From contig JAUXSK010000018.1 in assembly GCA_030679995.1 (NCBI GenBank), positions 41,828-105,827 of the forward strand: 64,000 nt of DNA, read 5' to 3'. Shown here in pieces: positions 47,763-57,532 of the stretch. Position 1 is the first letter of the stretch. Every line of letters starts with the position of its first letter. Made by a program: the position numbers and the translations under genes. The DNA is from Candidatus Moraniibacteriota bacterium (GTDB taxonomy: Bacteria; Patescibacteriota; Minisyncoccia; Moranbacterales; UBA2206). The notes under the pieces were generated by a model. The model searched no databases, was not told where the DNA came from, and saw only the letters and a program-made list of their open reading frames with translations.

Positions 47763-50465
47763 ATGAGTGAGAAATCAAAAAAACTGGTCGTCATCGACGG
47801 CAACGCGATCATCCACCGCTCGTTCCATGCTTTGCCGCCGCTTTCGACCAAATCGGGCGAGTTGGTGAACGCGGTCTATGGGTTCGCTTCGACCTTGCTT
47901 TCCGTTATTGAGAAATTCCATCCGGACTATATTTTGGCGACTTTCGATTTGGCGGCACCGACTTTTCGCCATACGGAATATGCGGAATATAAGGCGACGC
48001 GGACCAAGGCGCCGGACGAATTGTACGCGCAGATTGATCGGGTCAAGGAATTGGTGCGGGCGTTCAATATTCCGATTTATGAGAAAGAAGGGTTTGAGGC
48101 GGATGATGTGATCGGGACAGTGGTGAAGCAATCGGAAAAATTGGATGCGGGCATTGAAAACATCATCGTGACGGGCGATTTGGATACTTTGCAGTTAGTG
48201 ACAGAGAAAACGAAAGTTTATGCTTTGCGCCGCGGCATTACGGACACGGTTCTATATGGCGCGCCGGAAGTAATGGAACGTTTCGGATTGCGGCCGGATC
48301 AGATGATCGATTACAAAAGCTTGCGGGGAGACGCGTCGGACAATATTCCCGGTGTCAAAGGCATCGGCGAAAAAACCGCTACGGACCTTTTGCAAAAATA
48401 CGACACTGTGGAAAAAGTCTATGAAAACATCGCCGAGATCAAAGGCGCCGTGAAAGACAAGTTGGAAAAGGACAAGGCCCAGGCTTTCAAAAGCAAATGG
48501 CTGGCGACGATCGTTTTGGACGCGCCGGTTAAGCTGGAATTGGATAAAGCCATTACGCGAGAATTCGACCGGCCGACGATCGTGAAGCTTTTCCAGGAAT
48601 TGAATTTTTTTTCACTTATAAAAAGACTCCCGCAGGCCGATGCGAATCTACGAACGGAATCCGAATCTACGAACGGAAATGACGGGGTGAAGGATTTCAA
48701 GTTTGAATTGATCAAGGAAGATAAATTGGATGATTTCATCAAGCTTTTGGGCGGTCAATCTGAAGTGGCTTTCGCCCTATCGACGCGAGGCGGGGAGAAA
48801 TATTTTTCCAGCACGATCAAGGGTGTGGCATTTTGTTACAAGACCGGCCGAGCGGGTTATGTCGAATATTCAGAAAATAATTTTGCAAAACTGAAAAATA
48901 TTTTTGAAAATGGAAGTGTCCGGAAAACAGGCTATGATTTGAAATATGACTTGGAGGTCTTGGAAAAATACGGAATCGGTTTGCGGGGCATCGATTGGGA
49001 TGTGATGATTTCCGCGTATGTTTTGAATCCGGGCGGAAAAGTCGGGCTGGAAGATATCGTCCTGGAGGAATTGGGGGAAGAGCTGGAGCCGGCTGAAAAG
49101 AAAGGCCAATTGGGACTGGAAATCGAATCGATGGATGAGGTGGCGCAAAAGATGTGCCGGCGGGCGGATTACATTTTCAAATTGAAAAACATCTATCAGC
49201 AGAAAATCCAGGAAATCAGCGGCCAACAAAAAGGCGAGCACAATCTGAAAAATGTCTTTACGAAAATCGAAATGCCCCTAGTCGGAATTTTAGCCAAAAT
49301 TGAAATGAACGGCATCCGGCTGAACGAGGTTATTTTTGCGGGCATTTCCGTGACAATCAGCAAGCGGATTGAAAGCTTGGAAAAAAGCATCTATGGGCTG
49401 GCCGGCACGGATTTCAATATCAATTCGCCCAGGCAAGTGGCGGAAATCCTGTTTGAAACGTTGAAAATCCCGGCGGACAATATCAAGAAATTGAAAACCG
49501 GCTATTCCACGGCGTCTTCCGAATTGGAGAAATTGCGCGGGGAGCATAAAATCATCGAGAAAATCGAGGAATATCGGGAAATTTTCAAGCTGAAAACGAC
49601 CTATCTTGACACGCTTCCGAAATTGGCGGATGAAAATTCCCGCATCCACACGACATTCAACCAGGCGGTGGCCGCCACCGGCCGGCTTTCTTCATCCGAT
49701 CCGAACTTGCAGAATATCCCAATCCGGACGGATGTCGGGCAATTGTTGCGCACGGCTTTCGAAGCGGAAAAGGGTTTCCGGCTGGTGAGCGTCGACTATT
49801 CCCAGATCGATTTGCGGGTGGTGGCGCATATGTCAGGCGATAAAAATATGATTGAGGCCTTTACCAAAGGCGAAGACATCCATCGCACGACAGCTTCGAT
49901 CATCAACGGCGTTTCTTTTTCGCAGGTGACCGAAAAGATGCGAAGCAAAGCCAAGGCCTTGAATTTCGGCATCATCTATGGGATGGGTGTGTTCGGCTTC
50001 GCCGCTTCGGCTGGCATCGGACGGGAAGAGGCCAGGAAATTCATCGCGGAATATATGGAAAAATTTTCCGGCGTGGCGGAATATATGCGGAAAACCAAAG
50101 AAGAAGCCAAGAAAAACCTGTTTGTGGAAACGCAACTGGGGCGTCGGCGCTATATCCCGGAAATAAACTCCGCCAATTTCCAAGTGCAAAGCGGAGCCGA
50201 AAGGATGGCGATCAATATGCCGATCCAGGGCATGGCGGCGGACATTATGAAATTGGCGATGATCGAAGCGGAGGAATTGGTGGCGGAATATGCCGGCCAA
50301 GTCCGCACGGTCTTGCAGATACACGATGAACTTCTGTTTGAAGTCAAGGAAGAAATCGCGGAGGATTTTATGCGGAAAATAAAAACCGTAATGGAAAATG
50401 TCTACAAGCTCAAAGTCCCATTGGTAGTGGATGTGAAGGCTGGGGATAATTGGGGGGAGATGTGA
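47763..50465 (+). CDS. polA: DNA polymerase I
   Basis: IDGNAIIHRSFHA, EADDVIG, GDASDNIPGV, TGRLSSSDPNLQNIP, DYSQIDLR, KALNFGIIYG, QIHDEL. Confidence 0.99.
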   Translation: MSEKSKKLVVIDGNAIIHRSFHALPPLSTKSGELVNAVYGFASTLLSVIEKFHPDYILATFDLAAPTFRHTEYAEYKATRTKAPDELYAQIDRVKELVRAFNIPIYEKEGFEADDVIGTVVKQSEKLDAGIENIIVTGDLDTLQLVTEKTKVYALRRGITDTVLYGAPEVMERFGLRPDQMIDYKSLRGDASDNIPGVKGIGEKTATDLLQKYDTVEKVYENIAEIKGAVKDKLEKDKAQAFKSKWLATIVLDAPVKLELDKAITREFDRPTIVKLFQELNFFSLIKRLPQADANLRTESESTNGNDGVKDFKFELIKEDKLDDFIKLLGGQSEVAFALSTRGGEKYFSSTIKGVAFCYKTGRAGYVEYSENNFAKLKNIFENGSVRKTGYDLKYDLEVLEKYGIGLRGIDWDVMISAYVLNPGGKVGLEDIVLEELGEELEPAEKKGQLGLEIESMDEVAQKMCRRADYIFKLKNIYQQKIQEISGQQKGEHNLKNVFTKIEMPLVGILAKIEMNGIRLNEVIFAGISVTISKRIESLEKSIYGLAGTDFNINSPRQVAEILFETLKIPADNIKKLKTGYSTASSELEKLRGEHKIIEKIEEYREIFKLKTTYLDTLPKLADENSRIHTTFNQAVAATGRLSSSDPNLQNIPIRTDVGQLLRTAFEAEKGFRLVSVDYSQIDLRVVAHMSGDKNMIEAFTKGEDIHRTTASIINGVSFSQVTEKMRSKAKALNFGIIYGMGVFGFAASAGIGREEARKFIAEYMEKFSGVAEYMRKTKEEAKKNLFVETQLGRRRYIPEINSANFQVQSGAERMAINMPIQGMAADIMKLAMIEAEELVAEYAGQVRTVLQIHDELLFEVKEEIAEDFMRKIKTVMENVYKLKVPLVVDVKAGDNWGEM

Positions 50466-50493
50466 GTCGCAATAAGAGTGATAAATTTCAGGA

Positions 50494-51390
50494 ATGATAA
50501 ATAAAAATATGTATGAGGGAGAAACAATCAAAAAGGACCAGATTGGCAACGGGAACGAGGTCGTATCGCCCGGAACCGCGGACGGACGCTGGAAGAAAAA
50601 AGAAGAATCGATAAAGTCATTCCGTCCGACTGGCAATATAATCGCGGACGCGAAAGCCTATTATGATTTGATCGGATTGAGGTATACCGGAAGCCACATC
50701 GGCGAATTATTTGAAAACAATGATGCGAAGGGTATGGCTGATCAGCTTCGATATTCCATTGGCGTAGAAGAAAAAAGTGGGTTTGAGGATATCGACCATT
50801 ATTTCGATGTGAGCCGGCAGGTTATGCAAGGTATCGTGGATGCGTATGAGGCGCAAGAGGAGAAGGAATTCAGTGTGGAAGCGGTTTCTCGTGATGAGTG
50901 GGAGAGGTTCAAACGGTTGAGACTGGAGGCTTTGAAAAAATATCCCCAAGCTTTCGGGGCTTCATACGAAGAAGAATCCGCTAAGTCGGATGAATATTGG
51001 CAGAAGAAAATAGCCGATTTCCATAAGAAAGAATCTTCTTTCTCGGTTTCGAGGATGTTTGCGGCCAAAGACAAAAATAGTAAAGAACTGATCGGTATGG
51101 GCGGATTTTTCAGAAAGGCTCCTGCGGCGGTTATGATTTCGGAGCTCTATGTCAAAAAAGAATTCCAAGGCAAGGGCGTAGGAGAATCTCTATTGAGAAA
51201 TATCATACAAGAGGCGGAAAAAGACGGACGATTCTCCCAGATTGAGCTGATAGTCAGCAAGGGTCAGAAGGAGGCGATAGGACTGTATGAAAAACTCGGT
51301 TTTAGGGTGGCCGGACAGGCAGGGGATGAAACGACCACTTTGAAAGACAGTCTTTTGATGGTCAGGCAGTTGGACAAAGTCGCCGAATAA
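50494..51390 (+). CDS. GNAT acetyltransferase with N-terminal extension
   Basis: RLRLEALKKYPQAF, LYVKKEFQGKGVG, AIGLYEKLGF. Confidence 0.88.
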   Translation: MINKNMYEGETIKKDQIGNGNEVVSPGTADGRWKKKEESIKSFRPTGNIIADAKAYYDLIGLRYTGSHIGELFENNDAKGMADQLRYSIGVEEKSGFEDIDHYFDVSRQVMQGIVDAYEAQEEKEFSVEAVSRDEWERFKRLRLEALKKYPQAFGASYEEESAKSDEYWQKKIADFHKKESSFSVSRMFAAKDKNSKELIGMGGFFRKAPAAVMISELYVKKEFQGKGVGESLLRNIIQEAEKDGRFSQIELIVSKGQKEAIGLYEKLGFRVAGQAGDETTTLKDSLLMVRQLDKVAE

Positions 51391-51643
51391 ATTTTTATCT
51401 AATACGGAAGGGGCCGTTTCAGGCTCCTTTTTTTGATGGGTGGCCGGTTTTTTTGAGAGTCGTGAATTGGATGCGCAGGCGGTTTTTTTAAAAAATCTTT
51501 ATGCGACCCGGAATAAACGGCCATCAGTTGGATTGACAATCGAATATGTTTGTGCTAAAATTTCTTGATTACGAAGTGGTTTTTTAAAAAAGCTCGCCAT
51601 AATTTGGCGGAAAGAATAATTTTACTTAATAAGAGGTGTCCGT

Positions 51644-51949
51644 ATGTCAGAGGAAAGCTTGCGCTGGTTCAAGGCCAAAAGGACAAATGGTAATTGTAGC
51701 AAACCAGACAGAGATGCGGGCTTGTCCCAGTCTTGCATAAACGGAGCGGTAATGAGTAGGCAGATGAGTAAGAGCGCCGAAAGACGCTTGGCGAAGATAA
51801 AGAATCAGGGATTGTATGAAGGCTGTACGGTCCAGATGAGCAACACGGGCAAGTTGCGTGAAATTAAAAGCATCACTCATGATGGCAGAATATTGATGAA
51901 AGGTGCCGAACGGGTTTGCAGTCCCAGCGATTGCACGCTGGTTAAGTGA
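51644..51949 (+). CDS. Hypothetical protein
   Basis: TTGACA-17-TAAAAT promoter at 51533-51561, SD AAGAGGTG, terminator AAAGGGGCTT...AAGCCCCTTT. Confidence 0.65.
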   Translation: MSEESLRWFKAKRTNGNCSKPDRDAGLSQSCINGAVMSRQMSKSAERRLAKIKNQGLYEGCTVQMSNTGKLREIKSITHDGRILMKGAERVCSPSDCTLVK

Positions 51950-52074
51950 TATTATAAAGAGGGTAAAGGGGCTTGTGTAATTCTACGAAGCCCCTTTAAA
52001 AATGCTCGCTTTATTTTTTATAAAAAAATCACTATACTCGATACAACGTTAATTATCCCCCTAAGATCGAATTT

Positions 52075-52944
52075 ATGCCGGAATTGCCTGAGGTCCAGAC
52101 GGTCGTCTCGGATCTGAATGAAAAAATCAAAGGCGACACCATCGTCGATTTTTGGAGTGGGTGGCCGAAAGCGATCAAGGGAAAGTCCTTGGCTTTGTTC
52201 ACGAAAGAAATCGCGGAGCGGAAAATCTTGGGCGCGCGCCGGATCGGGAAAAACATCTTCATCGATCTGTCGGGTGGGAAAACTTTATATTTGCATTTGA
52301 AAATGACAGGACACTTACTGGTAAAAGTTCAAAATCCAAAATCCAAAGCCGAGGATTATTTCGCGGACAGGGTCAATCAATATATCAGGCACAGCTGGAC
52401 GTTAAAAACTAAAAACCATAAACTAAAAACCATTGAGTTTTCGGATATGCGGAAGTTCGCCAAGATCGTTTTGGATGATACGGACAGAATCGCCCAGTTG
52501 CCGGAAATCGAAGCGTTGGGGGTTGACGCGATGGATCCTGAATTCACTTGGCAAAAATTCGATGAAATCCTGGATAAGAAAAAAAACGCGCCCATCGGGA
52601 TCCTGCTGATGGATCAGTCTTTGATCGCCGGTATCGGCAACATCTATCGCAGTGAAATTCTTTTTGAAGCCGGCATCTTGCCGACTAGAAAAGCGGCGGA
52701 TATCGCAAGGGAGGAAAGGAAAAAACTCTTTCGCTCGATCGGGAAAATTTTGCGGAAAGCCGTCAAATTGCGGGGAACTTCCGATTCCGATTACCGTGAC
52801 ACCTCGGGAGCGCCGGGCGGTTACCAGAAGGTTTTGCAAGTCTATCGCAAAGCTGGTGAAAAATGTCAAAGATGTGATACAATAATCAAGCGGGCGGTTT
52901 TGGGGCAGAGAAGCGTTTTTTATTGCCCGGACTGCCAGAAGTGA
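52075..52944 (+). CDS. mutM: Formamidopyrimidine-DNA glycosylase
   Basis: MPELPEV, HLKMTG, DMRKF, GIGNIYRSE, CQRC...YCPDCQ. Confidence 0.98.
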   Translation: MPELPEVQTVVSDLNEKIKGDTIVDFWSGWPKAIKGKSLALFTKEIAERKILGARRIGKNIFIDLSGGKTLYLHLKMTGHLLVKVQNPKSKAEDYFADRVNQYIRHSWTLKTKNHKLKTIEFSDMRKFAKIVLDDTDRIAQLPEIEALGVDAMDPEFTWQKFDEILDKKKNAPIGILLMDQSLIAGIGNIYRSEILFEAGILPTRKAADIAREERKKLFRSIGKILRKAVKLRGTSDSDYRDTSGAPGGYQKVLQVYRKAGEKCQRCDTIIKRAVLGQRSVFYCPDCQK

Positions 52945-52995
52945 ATGAGGTTTAAAAAAGCTGGAATTGTAATTTTTTAAATAAAAACAACGAGT

Positions 52996-54147
52996 ATGAA
53001 ACAAAAAGCCATTATCGCCATCATTGCGATAATCATCGTGGGCGGAGGATTTTATTTTTTCTCAGGCCCGGAGAAATCCACCAAGCAGATCGATTTGGAT
53101 ACGAAGGAGAAATCGCAGAGCTATCCGATTGTCAATGACGGACCGGTCAGTCCGGTTTCCGGACTTTCTTGTGAAAATTGGAACCGGCGGGCAGTGGCGG
53201 TTATGCAACCAGCCGATGTCCAGGCTCGGCCGGCTGCCGGATTTTCCGAGGCGGATATGGTGATCGAGATGCCGGCCTATACCGGATCGGTAACCCGTCT
53301 GATGGGAGTTTATATCTGCAACATCCCGGAGGAAATCGGCGCTATCAGGAGCTCCCGGCATGATTATATCGCCCTGGCTAAGGGGTTGGATGCGATTTTC
53401 ATCCATTGGGGAGGTTCGCATTTCGCTTTGGATCTATTGAAAGATAAAATTATCGACAGCTATGATTGTATGACCGGATCGTATTGCGAGCGCTGGGCGG
53501 TGAGCGGGAAGATGCGCTTGGAGGACACCGGGCACATCACGAAAGCGAACGTGCTCAAGATGATCGAGAATTTCAAATATCGCACGGAAAACAAATTTGC
53601 CGGTTATGCGCATCAGGGCGAGGCACCGCTGGACCAACGGCCGGAGAAAGGCCATTTGCGGGTATCCTTCAAAGATCCATATGACGTTTCATTTGATTAT
53701 GATAAGCAGACGAATACGTATTTGAGGACTTGGAATGACGAAGCGGACACTGATCGCAACAATAAACAAAGGATAGCGCCGAAAAACGTGGTTGTCCTGA
53801 CGGCCCAGTCGGAGCAGATCACATTGGATCAGAATTATGTCGGACAAGGTTTGCAGGATCCTTGGAAAAATGTCGAGGAAATCAAGAAAACCGGAGTCGA
53901 GAGTATCAGCGGCCGCTACAATAATATGCAGATCGGGGATCCATGGTATGATTCGGTCGATTCCGGCGAAGCGCATTATTATATGAATGGTCAGGAAGTG
54001 ATCGGCACTTGGAAAAAAGATAAATCGAGTTTGGATAGCAAGTTGTTTTTCTATGATCAATCCGGTCAAGAAATAAAATTCGTACCTGGACAAATCTGGG
54101 TGGATATATTGCAGCCAGGGCAGGTGTTGCGTTGGACGGTCGACTAA
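52996..54147 (+). CDS. DUF3048 (YerB-like) membrane-anchored protein
   Basis: ARPAAGFSEADMVIE, VTRLM, IGAIRSSR, HWGGS, NVVV, PGQIWV. Confidence 0.85.
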   Translation: MKQKAIIAIIAIIIVGGGFYFFSGPEKSTKQIDLDTKEKSQSYPIVNDGPVSPVSGLSCENWNRRAVAVMQPADVQARPAAGFSEADMVIEMPAYTGSVTRLMGVYICNIPEEIGAIRSSRHDYIALAKGLDAIFIHWGGSHFALDLLKDKIIDSYDCMTGSYCERWAVSGKMRLEDTGHITKANVLKMIENFKYRTENKFAGYAHQGEAPLDQRPEKGHLRVSFKDPYDVSFDYDKQTNTYLRTWNDEADTDRNNKQRIAPKNVVVLTAQSEQITLDQNYVGQGLQDPWKNVEEIKKTGVESISGRYNNMQIGDPWYDSVDSGEAHYYMNGQEVIGTWKKDKSSLDSKLFFYDQSGQEIKFVPGQIWVDILQPGQVLRWTVD

Positions 54148-54155
54148 AAAACTTC

Positions 54156-54185
54156 AAAAAATCCCCTGGAAAGGGGATTTTTTTT
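54156..54185 (+). terminator. Intrinsic terminator
   Basis: AAAAATCCCCT-GGAA-AGGGGATTTTT. Confidence 0.85.
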
Positions 54186-54212
54186 ATCCTAGGGATATGC
54201 TAGAATGGTTCT

Positions 54213-55181
54213 ATGATACTTTTTCTTTATGGCGAGGATCCATTCCGATCCCGTCAAAAATTAGCGGAAATAAAAAAAAGATTCCTGGTTTCCGACGCGT
54301 CCGGATCGGGACTGTCTATTTTCAATTGGACGGAAAAAAATTCCAAATATCGGTTGTTGGACGTGCTGGGCACTTCCAATCTTTTGGCGCCCAAAAGATT
54401 GGTTATCGTGCGGGATATGCTGGAAGTGGCGACGGACAGTGAGAAAGACGAGTTGATCGCTTATCTGAAAAAATATGAAAAACAGATCCAGGCCGATCAG
54501 GATTTGGTGGTTATTTTTTGGGAAGACGGCCAGCCGAAGAAAAACGGCAAATTATATAAAGCGCTCTTTAAGATAGCCAAATCCCAGAATTTTGAAAGAT
54601 TGTCCGGAGGCAAATTGGACCAGTGGCTTGCGCAACGGATAAAAGAGTTGGATCCGACCGGCGGTATTTCGGGGGCGGCTTTGGAAAAGCTGATCCTATT
54701 CGCAGGCAGCGATACGGATTATTTGGATAAGGAATTGCAAAAACTCGTCAATTTTGCCGACGGACGGATTATCCAGGCGGATGATGTGGAGCTTCTGGTG
54801 CGGGCGAATTCGGATGCCAATATCTTTGATACGATCGATGCGTTAAGCGCGAATAATAAAAAAAAAGCTTTGCGCCTGGTGCAGGAGCATCTTAAAAAAG
54901 GCGACGATCCTTTCTATGTTTTTTCGATGTATGTCTACCAATTCAGGAATATTTTGAAAGTGGCCGATTTGGATGGACAATATCACGGCAATGATTATGC
55001 GATCGCCAAGGCCAGCGGTTTGCATCCTTTCGTGGTGAAAAAAAGTCTGAGCCAAGTGCGGAATTTTCCTATGCCGAAGCTCAAGGAGATTTATCAGAAA
55101 TTAAGCGATTTGGACACCCGGATCAAAACCGGCCAAATCGATATCCGGGTGGCGCTGGATAAGTTTATTGTGGAATTGTAA
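54213..55181 (+). CDS. holA: DNA polymerase III delta subunit
   Basis: LFLYGED, KRLVIV, ELQKL, IFDTIDAL, LHPFVVKK, DTRIKTG. Confidence 0.93.
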   Translation: MILFLYGEDPFRSRQKLAEIKKRFLVSDASGSGLSIFNWTEKNSKYRLLDVLGTSNLLAPKRLVIVRDMLEVATDSEKDELIAYLKKYEKQIQADQDLVVIFWEDGQPKKNGKLYKALFKIAKSQNFERLSGGKLDQWLAQRIKELDPTGGISGAALEKLILFAGSDTDYLDKELQKLVNFADGRIIQADDVELLVRANSDANIFDTIDALSANNKKKALRLVQEHLKKGDDPFYVFSMYVYQFRNILKVADLDGQYHGNDYAIAKASGLHPFVVKKSLSQVRNFPMPKLKEIYQKLSDLDTRIKTGQIDIRVALDKFIVEL

Positions 55182-55190
55182 TTGCAATGC

Positions 55191-55400
55191 GTTACTTTCT
55201 TTTGGCAGCAAAAGAAAGTAACCAAAAAAAACTGCCGGCACCGGGCTTGTGCTGTCTAGATTCTCAGCTTACTCGCTAAAATTCCCGAAAAGGCTAAAAA
55301 AGATTGTTAGCAGGTAATTTTTTAACGCTCATGCGCTGAAATTTACCTGCCGGCCGGTAGGCGGGGAAACGCACTACGCCAAGGTGCGGAATATTTTTTA
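55191..55400. repeat. MITE/REP-like intergenic element
   Basis: GTTACTTTCTTTTG-GCAG-CAAAAGAAAGTAAC hairpin (55191-55222) and CCTGCCGGCCGGTAGGCGG palindrome near 55346-55364. Confidence 0.6.
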
Positions 55401-55444
55401 AACAAACAAAAAACACCTTTCGGTGTTTTTTAAGTTTGTGAAGA

Positions 55445-55717
55445 TTATTTCTTGATTGCGATCGCTTTGACTTTCTTGTTGAGTCTGGATTTCTTGCGGG
55501 CGGCCGTATTTTTACTGATAACTTCTTTCTGGGCAGCCTTATCAAGTGATTGGAAAGCTTTTTTGGCCCATTCTTGGGCTGTCTTGGCGTCATTTTTGGC
55601 TATGGCTTCGGTAGCTTTTTTGATAGCGCTCCGGAAAAGACCCTTAATCCGCTTGTTTATCTCGGTCTTCCTGTCGGTGACGCGCATGTATTTCTTGGCT
55701 GATGCTTTGATTGGCAT
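55445..55717 (-). CDS. rpsT: 30S ribosomal protein S20
   Basis: MPIKASAKK, LDKAAQKEVISKNTAARKKSRL. Confidence 0.97.
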   Translation of the reverse strand: MPIKASAKKYMRVTDRKTEINKRIKGLFRSAIKKATEAIAKNDAKTAQEWAKKAFQSLDKAAQKEVISKNTAARKKSRLNKKVKAIAIKK

Positions 55718-55832
55718 ATTGTTTTCTTAAGTTAATTCCTTTTAGTTACCTAGTATTTTTAGCACAGTCTGGGAATTTATGCAAGGATTTATTGGAAAAA
55801 CCGCGCGGAGATGTTAGAATGGCAACATACAT

Positions 55833-56405
55833 ATGATAGCTAAGATCAAAGGTAAAATAGAATACAGCAAGGATCGGTTCGTAGTGGTGGATGTCAACGG
55901 CGTGGGTTATAAAGTCCATTTGACGAGCTATGCGCTGGGTAAGATCGCCGGGATGGAACAGGTCGATTTTTTCGTGCATACGTCCGTCCGGGAAGACGCT
56001 CTTGATCTATTTGGCTTTCTGACTTTGGAGGAATTGGATATGTTTGAACTTTTGATTTCCATCTCAGGTATCGGACCCAAAGCCGGCTTGGGCATCCTTT
56101 CCATCGCTACGCCTAAAACCATCAAAACCGCTATTTTGAACGAGGATTCTTCCATCCTGACCAAAGTGTCGGGAGTGGGTAAAAAAACCGCTGAGAGGGT
56201 CATTTTAGAGCTCAGGAACAAGGTGGCCGACCTGGCAGTCGGAGAGAAGGAAGAAGCGGTCTCTGATTCTGACGCGATCGAAGCTTTGATTTCGATGGGA
56301 TATTCCGTGACCGAGGCGCGCGACGCCTTGAAATTGGTGCCGAAGGATATTGCGGATATCGGCCAAAGGGTCAGTGCGGCTTTAAGGAGTTTGGGCAAAA
56401 AATAA
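55833..56405 (+). CDS. ruvA: Holliday junction DNA-binding protein RuvA
   Basis: VDVNGVGY, VRED..LFGF, ISGIGPK, GVGKKTAERVILEL. Confidence 0.98.
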   Translation: MIAKIKGKIEYSKDRFVVVDVNGVGYKVHLTSYALGKIAGMEQVDFFVHTSVREDALDLFGFLTLEELDMFELLISISGIGPKAGLGILSIATPKTIKTAILNEDSSILTKVSGVGKKTAERVILELRNKVADLAVGEKEEAVSDSDAIEALISMGYSVTEARDALKLVPKDIADIGQRVSAALRSLGKK

Positions 56406-56431
56406 AATAAACCATAAGAACCAATCATATT

Positions 56432-57409
56432 ATGCGGGATAACAAAAGCAGTTTCATAGCCAAGAACTCCCCGGATGGAGGATTTTTGCAATCGGATTGG
56501 TGGAAAAATTTCCAATCGGCGGTCGGCAGGAAAAATCTGAATATCAAAGGCGAGACATTTTGGAACAATATTTTCGAACACAAACTGCCTATCGTCGGTA
56601 AATATTTTTATATTCCGCGCGGTAACATATTCAAGATCAAAGATAAAAATGTCAAGAACTATTTTGACAATCTGATCGGTTTGGCCAGGGATAATGGCGC
56701 TGGCTGGATACGGATCGAGCCGGCCTCGCAGGAGGTCCTTGAATTGACCCGTAAAAATGTAAGTTTGCCGATCATAAAAACCCCGCACGAGATGCAACCG
56801 AGAGAGCTTTTTATTATTGATTGCGCCAAGAGCGAGGCGGAGTTATTGGCGGCGATGAAGCCGAAAACGCGCTATAATATCAGGTTGGCGGAGAAAAAAA
56901 ACGTCAAAGTCATCGTTTCCAACCGCAAGGAATGCATAGATAGTTTTTGCGATTTGGTGGAAATCACAAGCAAACGGCAAGGGATAACTCCGCATCCGAG
57001 AAATTATTATCAGAAAATGTTCGAAGTTGTCCCGAGTGAAAATATTAAGCTATACTGTGCGGAATTCGAAGGGGAGATAATAGCCGCCAATATAGTCATA
57101 TTTTTCGGAAATACCGTCACTTATCTGCACGGAGCTTCCGACGATCGGTTCCGCAATGTGATGGCGCCCTATCTTTTGCAATGGAGGCAAATCCAGGATG
57201 CGAAAAAGGCCGGCGCGGTCGGCTATGATTTTGGCGGAGTAAAAACGCAAACGGAGGATAATAATTGGGCGGGTATCACCCGGTTTAAATTTGGTTTTTC
57301 ACCGGCGACCAAGGTCAGCGAATTTCCCGGCAATTACGATATCATCCTGAACCCCTTTAAATACCAGGCCTACAGGCTGATCCGGAAAATAAAAAGTTTT
57401 TTGCGGTAA
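56432..57409 (+). CDS. FemAB/FemX family peptidyltransferase
   Basis: FLQSDWW, YIPRG, KTRYNIRLAEKK, YLHGAS, YDFGG, GITRFKFGF. Confidence 0.93.
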   Translation: MRDNKSSFIAKNSPDGGFLQSDWWKNFQSAVGRKNLNIKGETFWNNIFEHKLPIVGKYFYIPRGNIFKIKDKNVKNYFDNLIGLARDNGAGWIRIEPASQEVLELTRKNVSLPIIKTPHEMQPRELFIIDCAKSEAELLAAMKPKTRYNIRLAEKKNVKVIVSNRKECIDSFCDLVEITSKRQGITPHPRNYYQKMFEVVPSENIKLYCAEFEGEIIAANIVIFFGNTVTYLHGASDDRFRNVMAPYLLQWRQIQDAKKAGAVGYDFGGVKTQTEDNNWAGITRFKFGFSPATKVSEFPGNYDIILNPFKYQAYRLIRKIKSFLR

Positions 57410-57532
57410 ACTGAAGACGTATGGATCAACTCTCCTGCAGGGGGGTTGATTTTTTATATCCGGGATGGTATAGTGCAAAACTCCCGTTCTTTCATTAAAT
57501 TTAAAATCAATCGGCAAAAGGAGGTGGTTTAG

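Noticed and set aside
48700-49200. PolA 3'-5' exonuclease domain lacking acidic catalytic residues
   Set aside because: Common in many bacterial PolA proteins; not unusual
49833-50636. Long antisense ORFs (also 55928-56797, 38668-39285, 14480-15070)
   Set aside because: Overlap well-supported genes on the other strand and have no recognisable motifs
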